Shown one piece after another: positions 1 through 10,213 of a stretch of 64,000 bases of DNA. Within the stretch, counting starts at the first letter, position 1; the number at the start of each line of letters is the position of its first letter. Source of the DNA: an uncultured Methanomassiliicoccales archaeon (lineage in GTDB: Archaea; Thermoplasmatota; Thermoplasmata; Methanomassiliicoccales; UBA472); NCBI GenBank assembly GCA_963755265.1, contig CAVWKV010000082.1, forward strand, positions 13,203-77,202, in the 5' to 3' direction. A program made the position numbers and the translations under genes. The notes beneath the pieces were generated by a model that was given only the letters and a program-made list of their open reading frames with translations, was not told the DNA's origin and did not search any database.

Positions 1-12
1 AAAGCGTTCGAG

Positions 13-765
13 ATGAGCGATGACCTAAAACGCTCTTATCTAGACGGCAAGATCAGTGACAAGGACCTGGTCTCCCGCTATATCGAAGAATGGAACGTCA
101 CAACCCGCTGGATGGAGTCGGTATTCATCTCAGGAGCTGATTGTTACGGACATGACAAGAACATGTTCATGACCAACGTGAAGGGAAGCGAGGCCGAGAT
201 AATGGCGCTTAACCACCTGCTCGATGTGAAGAACATATCAATCGTCTCTTCGAGCAACCAGGCGGGAAAGATCATCACCGATATCTGGGAACCGAACAAG
301 CAAACGATCCTGGAGGGTGTTGCTTCGAATAGTGTGATAGAGGACATCCTGAAAAGGACCGACCTGACCCCTCCGCAGATGGTGCAGGAGGCCCGCCGGT
401 TGGAACAGAACCAGAACATCTCCAGCGCACTACCTCGGTACTCCAAGTTAGGAGAGATCGGGACATACGCGGACCTGCTGGCCAGGACCTACAAGACGGA
501 AGGTAAGGAGGCTATGGTCCGCGCGACAGACAAGGGTCGACAGAAGGACCACCGAATTAAGTCGATATCTTTCGCCTTCCTGAACTCGGCTGGTGACCCG
601 TCCAAGAACTGGCAGTTCAACAAGGAGGAGACGGATTACGGTGTCTACCTGTCACAATTCGCCCAAAAGATGCTTGAATCGACCGGTCCCGCCTATGATG
701 AGGCGCTAAGGAACTTGCTGGCTGCCGCCGGTGCATCGGAACAGACAGTAATGGACAAATTGTAG
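13..765 (+). CDS. hypothetical protein
   Basis: 250-aa ORF with ATG at 13 and TAG at 763-765. The frame is open back to base 1, so the N-terminus may lie outside the window. No family motif recognised. Confidence 0.4.
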   Translation: MSDDLKRSYLDGKISDKDLVSRYIEEWNVTTRWMESVFISGADCYGHDKNMFMTNVKGSEAEIMALNHLLDVKNISIVSSSNQAGKIITDIWEPNKQTILEGVASNSVIEDILKRTDLTPPQMVQEARRLEQNQNISSALPRYSKLGEIGTYADLLARTYKTEGKEAMVRATDKGRQKDHRIKSISFAFLNSAGDPSKNWQFNKEETDYGVYLSQFAQKMLESTGPAYDEALRNLLAAAGASEQTVMDKL

Positions 766-824
766 TTCTCGATCTTCACTCGATTCAAAATCAGCTTAAA
801 ATGGGGAAGATGGCCGATTGGCCA

Positions 825-1376
825 TCAGAATTGTCTTCCGGCGTTCGTAGCCCTCTCCAAGAGATCCTTTCTCTCCTTCACTGCAGCGATGCTGTTTCCC
901 GCCGTCATCCGGATCGTGTCGACCACCTGGAAACCAAACATCTTGAGCTGGTTCGCGAATTCTTTGGCGGGCCCCTCGAACATATTCTGGTCTGGGTTTC
1001 CCTGGCTGGTCACGATGACCGCCTTCTTGCCTGGCGTAAGGCTGACCTTGAAGTCCTTGCCTAGGAACATGTACAGCCTATCTTGGAACAGCCGGAATTG
1101 ACCGTTTAGTTGACTCATGTAGATCGGCGCGCCAAAAACCACAGCGTCCGCATCCCTGACCGCGTCCATGACCTTGACAAGATCGTCCTTCAGCTTACAA
1201 TGGTCGTGACTCTTGCAGTACATACATGCTTGACATCCAGCAAATTCTAGCTCGTTGAGGTTGAACTTCTCCGTGGCGTACCCCTTATCTTTGGCTCCGT
1301 CCAGTACCGCCTGGACCAACGTTTCCGTGTTACCGTTCTTTCTCGGGCTTCCGACAATACCTATGACCTTCATCAT
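825..1376 (-). CDS. iron-sulfur flavoprotein / NADPH-dependent FMN reductase family protein
   Basis: N-terminal MKVIGIVGSPRKNGNT flavodoxin-like FMN-reductase signature. Compact Cys motif CQACMYCKSHDHC (CX2CX2CX5C) as in Isf-type proteins. Divergent from an HxlR regulator. Confidence 0.75.
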   Translation of the reverse strand: MMKVIGIVGSPRKNGNTETLVQAVLDGAKDKGYATEKFNLNELEFAGCQACMYCKSHDHCKLKDDLVKVMDAVRDADAVVFGAPIYMSQLNGQFRLFQDRLYMFLGKDFKVSLTPGKKAVIVTSQGNPDQNMFEGPAKEFANQLKMFGFQVVDTIRMTAGNSIAAVKERKDLLERATNAGRQF

Positions 1377-1461
1377 ATTCTCCGACTATCCTGATGGAAG
1401 TGGCTATATTTTAAAACCATACAATATAATATTATAGTATCTTTCATATTGGAAACTAACT

Positions 1462-1848
1462 ATGAAAAAATCGGTGGCTAACTTCGAACAGTTCGTGTGT
1501 CCAGTAGAAGCGACCGTCGCCCTTATCGGTGGAAAATGGAAGACGGTCATCCTTTGGAATCTGAAGGATGGAAAAGTACGCTTTAACAAACTGATGGCCG
1601 AGATACCGGAGATATCACCAAAGATGATGACCAAACAACTTAGGGAACTGGAGAGGGGCGGGCTTGTTGAGAGGAAGATGTATCCCGAGATCCCACCTCG
1701 CGTCGAGTACAGCCTGACCCCGATGGCCTTAAGTTTGGTGCCTATCCTTACCCAGATGGCGCAGTGGGGCATGGCCAATCTAGAAGGAAGGTCATGGATT
1801 AAGTGCAACAAGTCCTCCCATAACAGTGGGGACCTCGGGTGTAGCTGA
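1462..1848 (+). CDS. HxlR-family winged-helix transcriptional regulator
   Basis: CPVEATVALIGGKWKTVILWNL...RFNKL...ISPKMMTKQLRELERGGLVERKMYPEIPPRVEYSLT matches the canonical HxlR pattern. Confidence 0.85.
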   Translation: MKKSVANFEQFVCPVEATVALIGGKWKTVILWNLKDGKVRFNKLMAEIPEISPKMMTKQLRELERGGLVERKMYPEIPPRVEYSLTPMALSLVPILTQMAQWGMANLEGRSWIKCNKSSHNSGDLGCS

Positions 1849-2023
1849 AAAATGTTCGGGACCATTCAATTATAAAAGATAGCTATCGTTTCAGATCCCG
1901 CCCCGCCCAGTTGGATCTCTCGGCGACTGATCAGTTTGATCATGACTGTTATGATGTTTTGCCCTTACCGTGGGTCTCGATACAGCTCCGCGGATCGGTC
2001 TAGAGACTGGTCGAGCGTGGATC

Positions 2024-3046
2024 TCAGGCATGCATTCTAACGTCAATTACCATGTGCGACTTGCAAGGAGCATACGCTTTTACTTCTTTGACCTGCAGCA
2101 CTTCGAACTCCTTTTCTCCGGCAGCTTCGGCGATCGCGTCCACCATCTTCTCCGGAATCTCATCGATGGAGCATACGTCGTGATAGTGGATGATCCCGCC
2201 TTTCTTGATCAGTCTCATCGCCTTGGGTAGGCTGGCTTCTGTGGAACCGATGTAGCCCATGACAATCCTATCGGCTATGTTCTCGTAGGGTAATGTCCGA
2301 TTGTCGCCCAGGTATGTCTCCACTACCTCCTCGACGCCGTTCAATTTGATGTTCTGTTGCAAGTAGGCGTGGGCCAAAGGATTGATCTCGCACGCTATCA
2401 CGCGCTTGGCATGGGTGATCTTGGCCAGGGGAAGGGTGAAGTAGCCGATCCCGGCGAACATGTCCACGACCGTCTCTCCTGTGCAGTCTAATTCCCCCAT
2501 GCGTTTCTTCTCGTCGAAGTTGCCCGAGGAGAACATGAGCTTTGCAGCATCCAGTTTATAAAGGATCGTCCCTTCGTGATGTATCGTCTCCGTATCGGTC
2601 CCGTAGACGACCTCCATCCTTGGTGTGCGAAACACGCCGTCGATGTATCCCCTTTCGTCCATAACGGTCTTCGCTTCCAGCTCAACAGCATAGGTCTCCG
2701 CGATCCGTTCGATGGCAGGCCTAAGCTCCACAGGGAACTTGGCGATGAGCACATCACCGAGCATCTCCCATTTGTAGGGAAGAAGGTCCACCAGTCGATT
2801 CGGCAGTGCCAATCTTTCCTTGATGATGTCAAATGGTGCTCGATAGCACGCCCTTTCCCGGGGGTCTCCATCGACGATCTCCAGACCTTCCTCATCAATG
2901 ACCGCTCGATCAACCGTGGCCGTCAGGGGCAACAGCACATATCTGCCTTGCTCGATGATCCGGACATCCTTGCGTACATAACCCTTAGAGTTCAGCCTCT
3001 TTCGGATCGTTTCCGCGTCCAACCGTGGCACCCGTGCGCATCTCAC
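2024..3046 (-). CDS. TRM5/TYW2-family SAM-dependent tRNA modification enzyme (Trm5b/Taw2-like)
   Basis: Class-I methyltransferase core VVDMFAGIGYFTLPLAK...ACEINP, preceded by a Met-10+-like region (LLPYKWEMLGDVLI). Confidence 0.75.
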   Translation of the reverse strand: MRCARVPRLDAETIRKRLNSKGYVRKDVRIIEQGRYVLLPLTATVDRAVIDEEGLEIVDGDPRERACYRAPFDIIKERLALPNRLVDLLPYKWEMLGDVLIAKFPVELRPAIERIAETYAVELEAKTVMDERGYIDGVFRTPRMEVVYGTDTETIHHEGTILYKLDAAKLMFSSGNFDEKKRMGELDCTGETVVDMFAGIGYFTLPLAKITHAKRVIACEINPLAHAYLQQNIKLNGVEEVVETYLGDNRTLPYENIADRIVMGYIGSTEASLPKAMRLIKKGGIIHYHDVCSIDEIPEKMVDAIAEAAGEKEFEVLQVKEVKAYAPCKSHMVIDVRMHA

Positions 3047-3093
3047 GGGCGTTCAAGAAGAAAACCGTTATTTGTATTCTTCCGATCTTCCGA

Positions 3094-4287
3094 TCACTTG
3101 AACAGTAAAGAGCCGAGTATCTGTGGCGAGAACCTCAGCAGCGACGGGACCGATCTAAGGATGGCCGGTGCCAACTCAGTCGGCCGGTCGATGTCCCCCG
3201 ATTCTAGTATTGCCATCACGTCCGGACGGGAGAACAACTTTCCTGCGTCGTCCAGCTTCCTGTCGCTCAGCCTGACGAAGACCTTTCTGACCCTGTACCC
3301 GCGGTCGAGCTCCTTGCCGATCTTCTCTTTCCACAGGCGTTGGTATTGAGAAAGGGCACGTTCGCTCAGATCGTTTTTCTCCAGTGCCTCCATAGCCGTC
3401 GTCGCCGCGCATTCCGCAGAGATCATCCCGGTAAACAGGCCGCCTCCGCTGAGCGGTTTGGCCATGGCTGCGGCATCCCCAGCGATCATCAATCGTTCGG
3501 CATAGGTTTTTCCCCTTGTGCCGAGCGGTATCACGCCGGAATAGTTTGCCAGCCTCTTGGCCCCATCCAGCTTCTCCTTTTCCATCAATGACTTGAGGTA
3601 GGTGCTGGGCGGACCTTTTCCTTCCGATATACAGAGACCGATCCTGGTGAAATCTCCACAGGGGATCTTCCAGGCAAAGAAACCCGGAGCGACCTTTTCC
3701 CCGAGATATACATGCACATGGCTTTGTTCTGCCATCCGGTGCGCCACGTCGCATTCGATGCCCTTTACTAAATCCCGGGGTGGTGGAAGGCCCGCCATCT
3801 TTGAGACGCTTGACTTGTATCCGTCCGCACCCACCAACAGTTTGCAGCTGACATCTTCATGGCCATCTAGCCAGAGGGCTATCCCTTTCTCCGTCACCTC
3901 ATAGTCAAGGAACTTGGCTCCGGTGACGTATCGGGCACCGGCCGAGACTGCCCGATCCTTGCAGCGCTGGTCGAACTTGAAACGGTCCACCACCACCGCT
4001 TTGGTCTCATTCCCGTCCAGGCGAAGCTCCATTCCTCCCGGAAAATGCATGATCACACCGGTGATCCGGTTCAGCACGGAATTCTGTGCCCCGACCATGT
4101 CAATGACTCGCTCCGTCACTAGTCCCGCGCACTGGACCGGGACGCCTGCGTCGCCGTGCTCCTCCATGACGATAGTAGGGAATCTCTTGGCAGTGATGGC
4201 CGCTACAGCACATCCCACCGGGCCGCCTCCCACGACGATAAGGTCCGACTCCATCGACCTAAGCAAATCCGCGCCGATATTAACCAC
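3094..4287 (-). CDS. geranylgeranyl reductase family flavoprotein
   Basis: FAD fold DLIVVGGGPVGCAVA and GDAAAMAKPLSGGG motif typical of archaeal GGR. The track start is GTG 4287; ATG at about 4254 (MESDLIVVGGG) is an equally plausible start. Confidence 0.8.
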   Translation of the reverse strand: MVNIGADLLRSMESDLIVVGGGPVGCAVAAITAKRFPTIVMEEHGDAGVPVQCAGLVTERVIDMVGAQNSVLNRITGVIMHFPGGMELRLDGNETKAVVVDRFKFDQRCKDRAVSAGARYVTGAKFLDYEVTEKGIALWLDGHEDVSCKLLVGADGYKSSVSKMAGLPPPRDLVKGIECDVAHRMAEQSHVHVYLGEKVAPGFFAWKIPCGDFTRIGLCISEGKGPPSTYLKSLMEKEKLDGAKRLANYSGVIPLGTRGKTYAERLMIAGDAAAMAKPLSGGGLFTGMISAECAATTAMEALEKNDLSERALSQYQRLWKEKIGKELDRGYRVRKVFVRLSDRKLDDAGKLFSRPDVMAILESGDIDRPTELAPAILRSVPSLLRFSPQILGSLLFK

Positions 4288-4915
4288 TTTGGTCAGTCGC
4301 CTCGGCGCTCCTCGAGACCAGGTAAGCGAACATGAGCACTAGCACGGCAGTACATATGCCGACCGCCCATATCGGGAACGTCCCGAGGACAAAGGCAAAA
4401 GAGCTTAGCACCGTTAACAACCCCACCACGATCACGACGAACAAATAGGTCCCCACCCTGAGCAGTGCCATTCTAAGGGATTCGAGCCCAATTGTGCCCA
4501 TGCCTGAATCATCTGCGACAGTCGCAAGATAACCCGTCTCCAGAGATATGCCCCCCAACAGTATCGAGGCCATGCCCATCATGAGCACTGTCCATCCCAC
4601 AAAGAACGGTGTGTCCGCCCCCAGCTGGACCCAGAACGCCGCCATTATCGTCACTAGACCGTACAATGAGCGGAACGTTGTGGCCCATGCCTTGTGAAGT
4701 GACACTGAACCTGCGGCAACTCCCAACAACAGCAGTGGCCCAACGAAACCGAGCAGGTTCTGGCCCCCGAGGCCGAGCGAGATGAGCACGGCACCGAACA
4801 TCATCGCATATGAAGAATAGCGAATGGCCAGGAAGCGGTTCCTCAGCAGGTCCGTTCCGTCCGGCATTCCCTCACCTCCCTGAAATATGTCACCAAAGGC
4901 TTCCCCGTTTCCCAA
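4280..4915 (-). CDS. polytopic membrane protein, unknown function
   Basis: 211-aa ORF with several hydrophobic helices. TTG start overlaps the upstream DUF58 gene, so the start is uncertain (internal ATG at about 4867). Confidence 0.5.
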   Translation of the reverse strand: MGNGEAFGDIFQGGEGMPDGTDLLRNRFLAIRYSSYAMMFGAVLISLGLGGQNLLGFVGPLLLLGVAAGSVSLHKAWATTFRSLYGLVTIMAAFWVQLGADTPFFVGWTVLMMGMASILLGGISLETGYLATVADDSGMGTIGLESLRMALLRVGTYLFVVIVVGLLTVLSSFAFVLGTFPIWAVGICTAVLVLMFAYLVSRSAEATDQSG

Positions 4916-6096
4916 TCCACAACCTTACAGAATCGGCCCAGTTCATAGAGCGCATCGGCTCGGCGCATTGCCCCCATGCGGTATATCAGTTCGTTCGCCT
5001 GGTCTCCGGCAGGGCCGTCCATGACCGGACGGGGCGAGATGACGATCAGGTGGTGCCCCCTACCAACTAGTTCTTCCGCTGTCTCCACCATCCTTCGATC
5101 GTTCAGGGTCGTTATCAGCACAAGCATCGAGTCGCCCCGGAAGTAGCGGTTCAAAGCCAGGCGGATGCTGACCGCCGACCGTACCGCCCCCGGCTTGGCG
5201 TCTATGAGATGGTCCACTATCTTCTGCAGCTGACGTTTCCCGTAGTTCGACCTTATCACATCCACCACATGACCCAGGATGACCATCCCGACCCTATCCC
5301 TTTGCTTCAGGAAGTAGGATGAAAGGGAGGCCGCCGCTTCCACCGTGGCATCCAGGTTGCCGTCATCGCCGGCGGTCCTGGCATCGACAATGATGGTCAC
5401 GTCACCGCTCCTCTCGGTCTCATATTCGTTGGTCACCATCGTGTCCCTTCGGGCAGAAGCCTTCCAGTTGACATGCCGCAGCGTGTCACCGGGGCGGTAG
5501 TCGCGAAGCGCGAAGAACTCGATCCCTGGGCCCAGGAGCTTGGAGCGGATGTTGCCCGCATGCATCCTGACCTTGTGGGGCTGAATCGAGATCCTCTTCA
5601 TTTCCTGTATTTGAGGCGTTACCTCCACTTCCTCTGGTAGATCGTAACTGACCCGTCGTGAGGTGGCGAAGAGCGGGTCGGTGATCACGACATCCACGCC
5701 TTCGAAAAGGAACCTTCCGCGGTTGGGGAATACCACCTTGTACGAGACATCGACAGTGCTCTCCTTGGCCATCGTCAGGGGGAAATGGTTCCGCCCCATG
5801 ACCAGTCGCGCTCCGTCTGGAAGCCTGTCTTCCAGCTGCACAATTTCAAAGGCGTCGCCAAGGTTCTGGATCGTCAGCAAGATTCCCACCTCCTCCCCCT
5901 TTTGCGGACGGTTCTGGTCGAATGACCTTGAGATTCTCAGGGCTATCTTCGATCGTGGGAACATCATCGGCGCCAGTGCGACTATCAGGATCAATGGTAC
6001 CATCAGGGAAATGATCTCCCAGCGGTGAAGGGCGAGCCCGGTCACCAGAAAGAACGAGGCTGCCCCGAGTATGGCGGCGCCGGGGCGAGTACGCAC
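4843..6096 (-). CDS. DUF58 (vWA-like) protein, MoxR partner
   Basis: RDYRPGDTLRHVNWKASARRDTMVTNEYETERSGDVTIIVD is the DUF58 signature. N-terminal TM helices. Lies directly downstream of MoxR. Confidence 0.8.
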   Translation of the reverse strand: MRTRPGAAILGAASFFLVTGLALHRWEIISLMVPLILIVALAPMMFPRSKIALRISRSFDQNRPQKGEEVGILLTIQNLGDAFEIVQLEDRLPDGARLVMGRNHFPLTMAKESTVDVSYKVVFPNRGRFLFEGVDVVITDPLFATSRRVSYDLPEEVEVTPQIQEMKRISIQPHKVRMHAGNIRSKLLGPGIEFFALRDYRPGDTLRHVNWKASARRDTMVTNEYETERSGDVTIIVDARTAGDDGNLDATVEAAASLSSYFLKQRDRVGMVILGHVVDVIRSNYGKRQLQKIVDHLIDAKPGAVRSAVSIRLALNRYFRGDSMLVLITTLNDRRMVETAEELVGRGHHLIVISPRPVMDGPAGDQANELIYRMGAMRRADALYELGRFCKVVDWETGKPLVTYFREVRECRTERTC

Positions 6097-6097
6097 G

Positions 6098-7087
6098 TCA
6101 ACCGACCTTCGGGACTGGGATGCTCTTGATTAGCGCAGTCAAGATGTCCTCTGCCCTGACCCCCCTGATCCATGGGTCAGCGGCAAGGATCAGGCGATGG
6201 GCCAGCGCCGGTATCGCCACGGCCCTCACATCGTCTGGGATGACGTAGTCCCTCCCGGAGATGGCGGCCTTGGCGGCCGATAGCCTCATCAAAGCCAGAG
6301 ATCCCCTGGGGGAGGCGCCAACCTCGACCTGATCGTGTCGTCTGGTCGATTCAACGATAGAGACGATGTACTGGTCTATTCCATCGTCTACGTGCACTTC
6401 TTCCAGTGCCTTTTGCAGCTCCACCAGGGTCTCGGCTGTACAAACCTGCTGGACATCGGTCTCCTCCTTTTTGCGTGACCTACGCCTCTGCAGTATCATC
6501 CGCTCCTCTTCCGATGATGGATATCCCACCTTGGTACGGATCAGGAAGCGGTCGATCTGTGCCTCTGGCAAGGGATATGTACCTTCATATTCGATGGGAT
6601 TCTGGGTGGCCATGACAATGAAGGGTCGGTCCAACTTGTACGTTTCGCCCTCTAGTGTAACTTGCCGCTCCTGCATTGATTCCAGAAGCGCCGCCTGGGT
6701 CTTCGGTGGTGCCCGGTTGATCTCATCGGCCAGGAGGATGTTCGTGAAGAGAGGTCCTTTACGCAGTACGAAAGAGGAAGAACCTCGATCCAGAATGAAT
6801 GACCCAGTAATGTCCGCGGGTAGCAGGTCTGGAGTGAATTGTACCCTTTTAAACTCACAACCGCTTGCCCGTGCGAACGTATTAGCCATCATGGTTTTAG
6901 CAAGGCCGGGGAAATCCTCGAAAAGGACATGTCCTTCGCACAACACCGCCAACATGACCCTCTCGGTCACATCGCGTTTGCCCACGATGACCTTCCCAAT
7001 CTCGTCCAGGATCGCATTGCACTTTGTACCGACCTCGTCAACCCTCAATGCCACTCCTCCACTTTCCTTAACATATCCGCGAACCAT
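6098..7087 (-). CDS. MoxR-family AAA+ ATPase
   Basis: HVLFEDFPGLAKT Walker A variant, LLADEINRAPPKTQAALLESMQERQVT and FIVMATQNP blocks typical of MoxR. Confidence 0.9.
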   Translation of the reverse strand: MVRGYVKESGGVALRVDEVGTKCNAILDEIGKVIVGKRDVTERVMLAVLCEGHVLFEDFPGLAKTMMANTFARASGCEFKRVQFTPDLLPADITGSFILDRGSSSFVLRKGPLFTNILLADEINRAPPKTQAALLESMQERQVTLEGETYKLDRPFIVMATQNPIEYEGTYPLPEAQIDRFLIRTKVGYPSSEEERMILQRRRSRKKEETDVQQVCTAETLVELQKALEEVHVDDGIDQYIVSIVESTRRHDQVEVGASPRGSLALMRLSAAKAAISGRDYVIPDDVRAVAIPALAHRLILAADPWIRGVRAEDILTALIKSIPVPKVG

Positions 7088-7671
7088 ACAAAGAAGTTGG
7101 CGCGGATATCATTGGAATCGTCCTTCAGAAGTTCCTCGAAGTCGCGCGTGGTCCCCTTCAGGATCCATGCCAGGTCGTTATCGTCGACGTACTGCGCTAA
7201 ACGGCCCTCATCAATGACCGTTTGCAGATCGGTCCTCGACATATGGTTTCGTGCCATCACCCGGTTCGCCAATGCCTCCCTGAGGTCCTGGACCATGTTG
7301 ACCTGGCTGAAAAGATGGCCGTGTAGTGCCCCCTTCACCGTCTCCCTGTTAAGACCAGGCCCGAACTCGCCGTCTCGGAGATCGGCAGAGTAATTCACCT
7401 CATTGTACCTGAGATTCTTTGGATAGAGCCACCTGATCGCGACCAAACATAGGATGATGACCAGAACGATGAAAAACGACCATCTCAGGTCATCCGCGGT
7501 CCTTGACTCCCTTTGGGAGGAAAGGAAGATGGCCATGATGGTGAGGACCAACGTCATGACCACCAGAACGGTGCCGATCGGGAACGTGTCTTTGTGCTCT
7601 TGATAACCCTCCCAATTCATGCTGTCCAGGAATCCCTTGCGGTCATTGGGCAGTTCCGGCAACTGATTCAC
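7045..7671 (-). CDS. membrane protein of the MoxR operon, unknown function
   Basis: 208-aa ORF with two TM helices. Overlaps both neighbours, consistent with operon coupling. Confidence 0.5.
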   Translation of the reverse strand: MNQLPELPNDRKGFLDSMNWEGYQEHKDTFPIGTVLVVMTLVLTIMAIFLSSQRESRTADDLRWSFFIVLVIILCLVAIRWLYPKNLRYNEVNYSADLRDGEFGPGLNRETVKGALHGHLFSQVNMVQDLREALANRVMARNHMSRTDLQTVIDEGRLAQYVDDNDLAWILKGTTRDFEELLKDDSNDIRANFFVWFADMLRKVEEWH

Positions 7672-8530
7672 CTCGCAATCCTTCCCTGACCCTCTCGAAA
7701 GAAGTGATAGCGCGATCCTTCTCCGTTTCTCCTAAGAAATGGTCGCTGTAACGGGCTTCCTCGAAGAGAGATGTCAGCTCTTCCAGCGGTTCCTTCTTCC
7801 ATCCGAGCTCAGCAACCGCGCGATCGGTAAACTCTCTTGGGGTAAGAAACGGTTCCTCATCAAGCTTGCCCACCTGGACCAGGAGGCACATTTGTTGATA
7901 TGTGCGTATGATCGTGGAGCGTGGGTCCTCCCCAGCATAGAGGCTCCTGACGGCCGCTTCCAGAACCACTTTCGCCTCTTCCTCCTTTGATGGATTCGAG
8001 ATCTTGACCTGAGGTCCCTCACCGCGTCGCATGAACCTCCACACTAAAATAATGGATATTATGGCAATGAAAACTACGATCATTGGCAACACCAAAGGCA
8101 GGTCGCGCAAGGGTTGTTGGTCGGGCAGAACAGTAGAGTTGGTCTGTGTACTCCTGTCTGTCCCCCCTTGGCCGTTGATAAGACCGCTTCCTTCATTCGG
8201 ATTCAGGACGAACAAGATGAGCCATAACGCCAACAGCACGATGGCGTAGGGAAGAATGTTCCGTCCCTCTCCAGCCCGTCGTTGACCCTTGGCCCGGCTT
8301 CCTTTTCTCGTCGTTAGATATCGGTAAACGAAATAGCCGATCAGCGCGATCCAAAAGACCACCATGATCTGGATGATGATCGTTGTCAGTTGATCTAGCA
8401 CGTCGTTGCTGACCTTGACCCCCTGATCACTGGCGTCTTGGACGTTGGCGATAAGCACCCCAGCGGCGATGACAGTGATAGCCGCGACTATAAGGAACAT
8501 TAATTTCTGGTCCTTGCTGACAGGTGCCAT
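7643..8530 (-). CDS. DUF4129-like membrane protein
   Basis: N-terminal TM helices and a C-terminal LTPREFTDRA...EEARYSDHFL block resembling DUF4129, which commonly accompanies MoxR/DUF58. Confidence 0.6.
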   Translation of the reverse strand: MAPVSKDQKLMFLIVAAITVIAAGVLIANVQDASDQGVKVSNDVLDQLTTIIIQIMVVFWIALIGYFVYRYLTTRKGSRAKGQRRAGEGRNILPYAIVLLALWLILFVLNPNEGSGLINGQGGTDRSTQTNSTVLPDQQPLRDLPLVLPMIVVFIAIISIILVWRFMRRGEGPQVKISNPSKEEEAKVVLEAAVRSLYAGEDPRSTIIRTYQQMCLLVQVGKLDEEPFLTPREFTDRAVAELGWKKEPLEELTSLFEEARYSDHFLGETEKDRAITSFERVREGLRGESVAGTAQ

Positions 8531-8621
8531 TTTGTTAATTTTATGCGTCTGGTCACTATTAAAAAGTTATTATTCCCGCCAATGGCAGGAGAGTTCAAGA
8601 AAAATAAAGGGATCCACCCAG

Positions 8622-9275
8622 TTACTTCTTGCTGACCTTTTCCCAATCCTTGAGGAACTTCTCGATGCCAGCATCTGTGAGCGGGTGCTTGAACATCTTC
8701 TTCAGCACGTCATATGGGATCGTCGCCACATGCGCTCCGAGCCTGGCCGCCTCGGTGACATGGATCGGGTCACGGACCGATGCCACGATGACCTCACAGT
8801 CGAACTCGTAGTTATCCAGGATGTCCATGATCTCGGCGATCACGTCCATTCCGTTCTGGCCGATGTCATCCAGCCTGCCTACGAACGGAGAGACATAACG
8901 CGCGCCGGCCTTTGCCGCCAACAACGCCTGGTTCGCGGAGAAGATCAGGGTCATGTTGATCTTGATTCCTTCGGAAGCCAGTATCTTGGTGGCCTTCAGC
9001 CCTTCCTCGGTCATGGGGATCTTGACCACGATGTTCTTGTTCCCGGCCGCGATCTTCCTTGCCTCCGGAACGATGTCCACTGCCTTTATGCTCACGGCCT
9101 CGACGCTTATCGGGCCGTCAACGATTGCACAGATCTCCTTGACAAGGGTGGAAAAGTCCTTGTTCTCCTTGGCCACCAAGGAAGGATTCGTTGTCACTCC
9201 ATCCAGGATTCCCCAACTGTTTACCTCTTTGATCTGCTCGATGTTAGCCGTGTCTATGAAAATCTTCATCCTCAA
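8622..9275 (-). CDS. tal: short-type transaldolase / fructose-6-phosphate aldolase
   Basis: [16 protein letters not shown]...GVTTNPSLV...VVKIPMT...ATKIL...[11 protein letters not shown] pattern of the TalC/Fsa family. Confidence 0.9.
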   Translation of the reverse strand: MRMKIFIDTANIEQIKEVNSWGILDGVTTNPSLVAKENKDFSTLVKEICAIVDGPISVEAVSIKAVDIVPEARKIAAGNKNIVVKIPMTEEGLKATKILASEGIKINMTLIFSANQALLAAKAGARYVSPFVGRLDDIGQNGMDVIAEIMDILDNYEFDCEVIVASVRDPIHVTEAARLGAHVATIPYDVLKKMFKHPLTDAGIEKFLKDWEKVSKK

Positions 9276-10213
9276 CGCCTCCTGATTACTTCCTCTGCCG
9301 CCTCTACGACCTTACTCATTGTTAGGCCATACTTTGTCATTAGCTCGTCGCTCTCCCCCGATTCGCCGAACACGTCGGCCATTCCTACGAGCTTCATTGG
9401 CACGGGGTGATGCTCTACTAGATAAGATGATACATATGAGCCTAACCCAGAGATAACGTTGTGCTCTTCCGCCGTCACGATCCCCCCAGTCTCCGCGGCC
9501 GCCTTGTGCAATGCTTCCTCATCGAGCGGCTTGATAGTCGACATGTTGATCACCCTGGCCGAGACGCCTTTGGATTTCAGGACTTCTGCCGCCTCGAGAC
9601 AGGCTGCGACCATCTGGCCGGTGCCTATGAGCGTTATATCTGAACCCTCTCTCGGTACTGTTGCCTCCCCAATCTCGAAAGGCGTGTTAGGTTCTGTGAA
9701 ATTGGGTACGTCCACACGCCCCATCCTTAGATAGCATGGCCCTACCCTGGCGGCCACCGCCTTGGTTGCTTTGAACGCTTCCATGGCGTCCGCAGGAACA
9801 ACCACGGTCATGTTCGGTAGGGTGTGCATCAAGGCGATGTCCTCCATGGTCTGGTGCGATGCTCCATCGCCCCCGACGCTGATACCGGCGTGCGTGGCGG
9901 CGATCTTCACGTTCATCTTCGGATACGCCACCGATTGGCGAATCTGGTCAAAACAACGGCCAGTGGCGAAGACGGCGAATGTGGAAGCGAACACGGTCTT
10001 ACCGGAAGCGGCCAGGCCCGCTGCCGTGCCGATCATATTCTGTTCTGCAATGCCAACGTTGAAGAACCGCTCCGGAAACTCCTTGCCGAAGTCGGCAGTG
10101 CGGGTCGATCCAGACAGGTCAGCGTCGAGCACGACGATGTCTCCACGGGAGCGCCCCAATTCGACCAACGCCTTTCCATACTCCTTCCTTTGGCTGCTAT
10201 AGGTCCACTTCAT
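9272..10213 (-). CDS. transketolase, C-terminal (pyrimidine-binding) subunit
   Basis: [18 protein letters not shown] and [15 protein letters not shown] blocks. 4-nt overlaps with both neighbours. Confidence 0.9.
   Translation of the reverse strand: MKWTYSSQRKEYGKALVELGRSRGDIVVLDADLSGSTRTADFGKEFPERFFNVGIAEQNMIGTAAGLAASGKTVFASTFAVFATGRCFDQIRQSVAYPKMNVKIAATHAGISVGGDGASHQTMEDIALMHTLPNMTVVVPADAMEAFKATKAVAARVGPCYLRMGRVDVPNFTEPNTPFEIGEATVPREGSDITLIGTGQMVAACLEAAEVLKSKGVSARVINMSTIKPLDEEALHKAAAETGGIVTAEEHNVISGLGSYVSSYLVEHHPVPMKLVGMADVFGESGESDELMTKYGLTMSKVVEAAEEVIRRR

Noticed and set aside
825-1848. Divergent Isf-like flavoprotein / HxlR pair as something unusual
   Set aside because: HxlR regulators divergently paired with small redox enzymes are a common arrangement, and no atypical feature was seen.
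2576-3349. Long antisense ORFs such as 2576-3349, 6366-7217, 8445-9410, 12202-12789, 41822-42349 and 58022-59173
   Set aside because: They lie opposite genes with clear family motifs. Their translations are low-complexity (Ser/Arg/Pro-rich) and motif-free. These are typical shadow ORFs of GC-rich coding sequence.
4280-8530. MoxR-DUF58-membrane-DUF4129 operon as a novel system
   Set aside because: This gene combination is a widespread, already catalogued (though functionally obscure) MoxR/vWA-type module. Nothing here departs from the usual arrangement.
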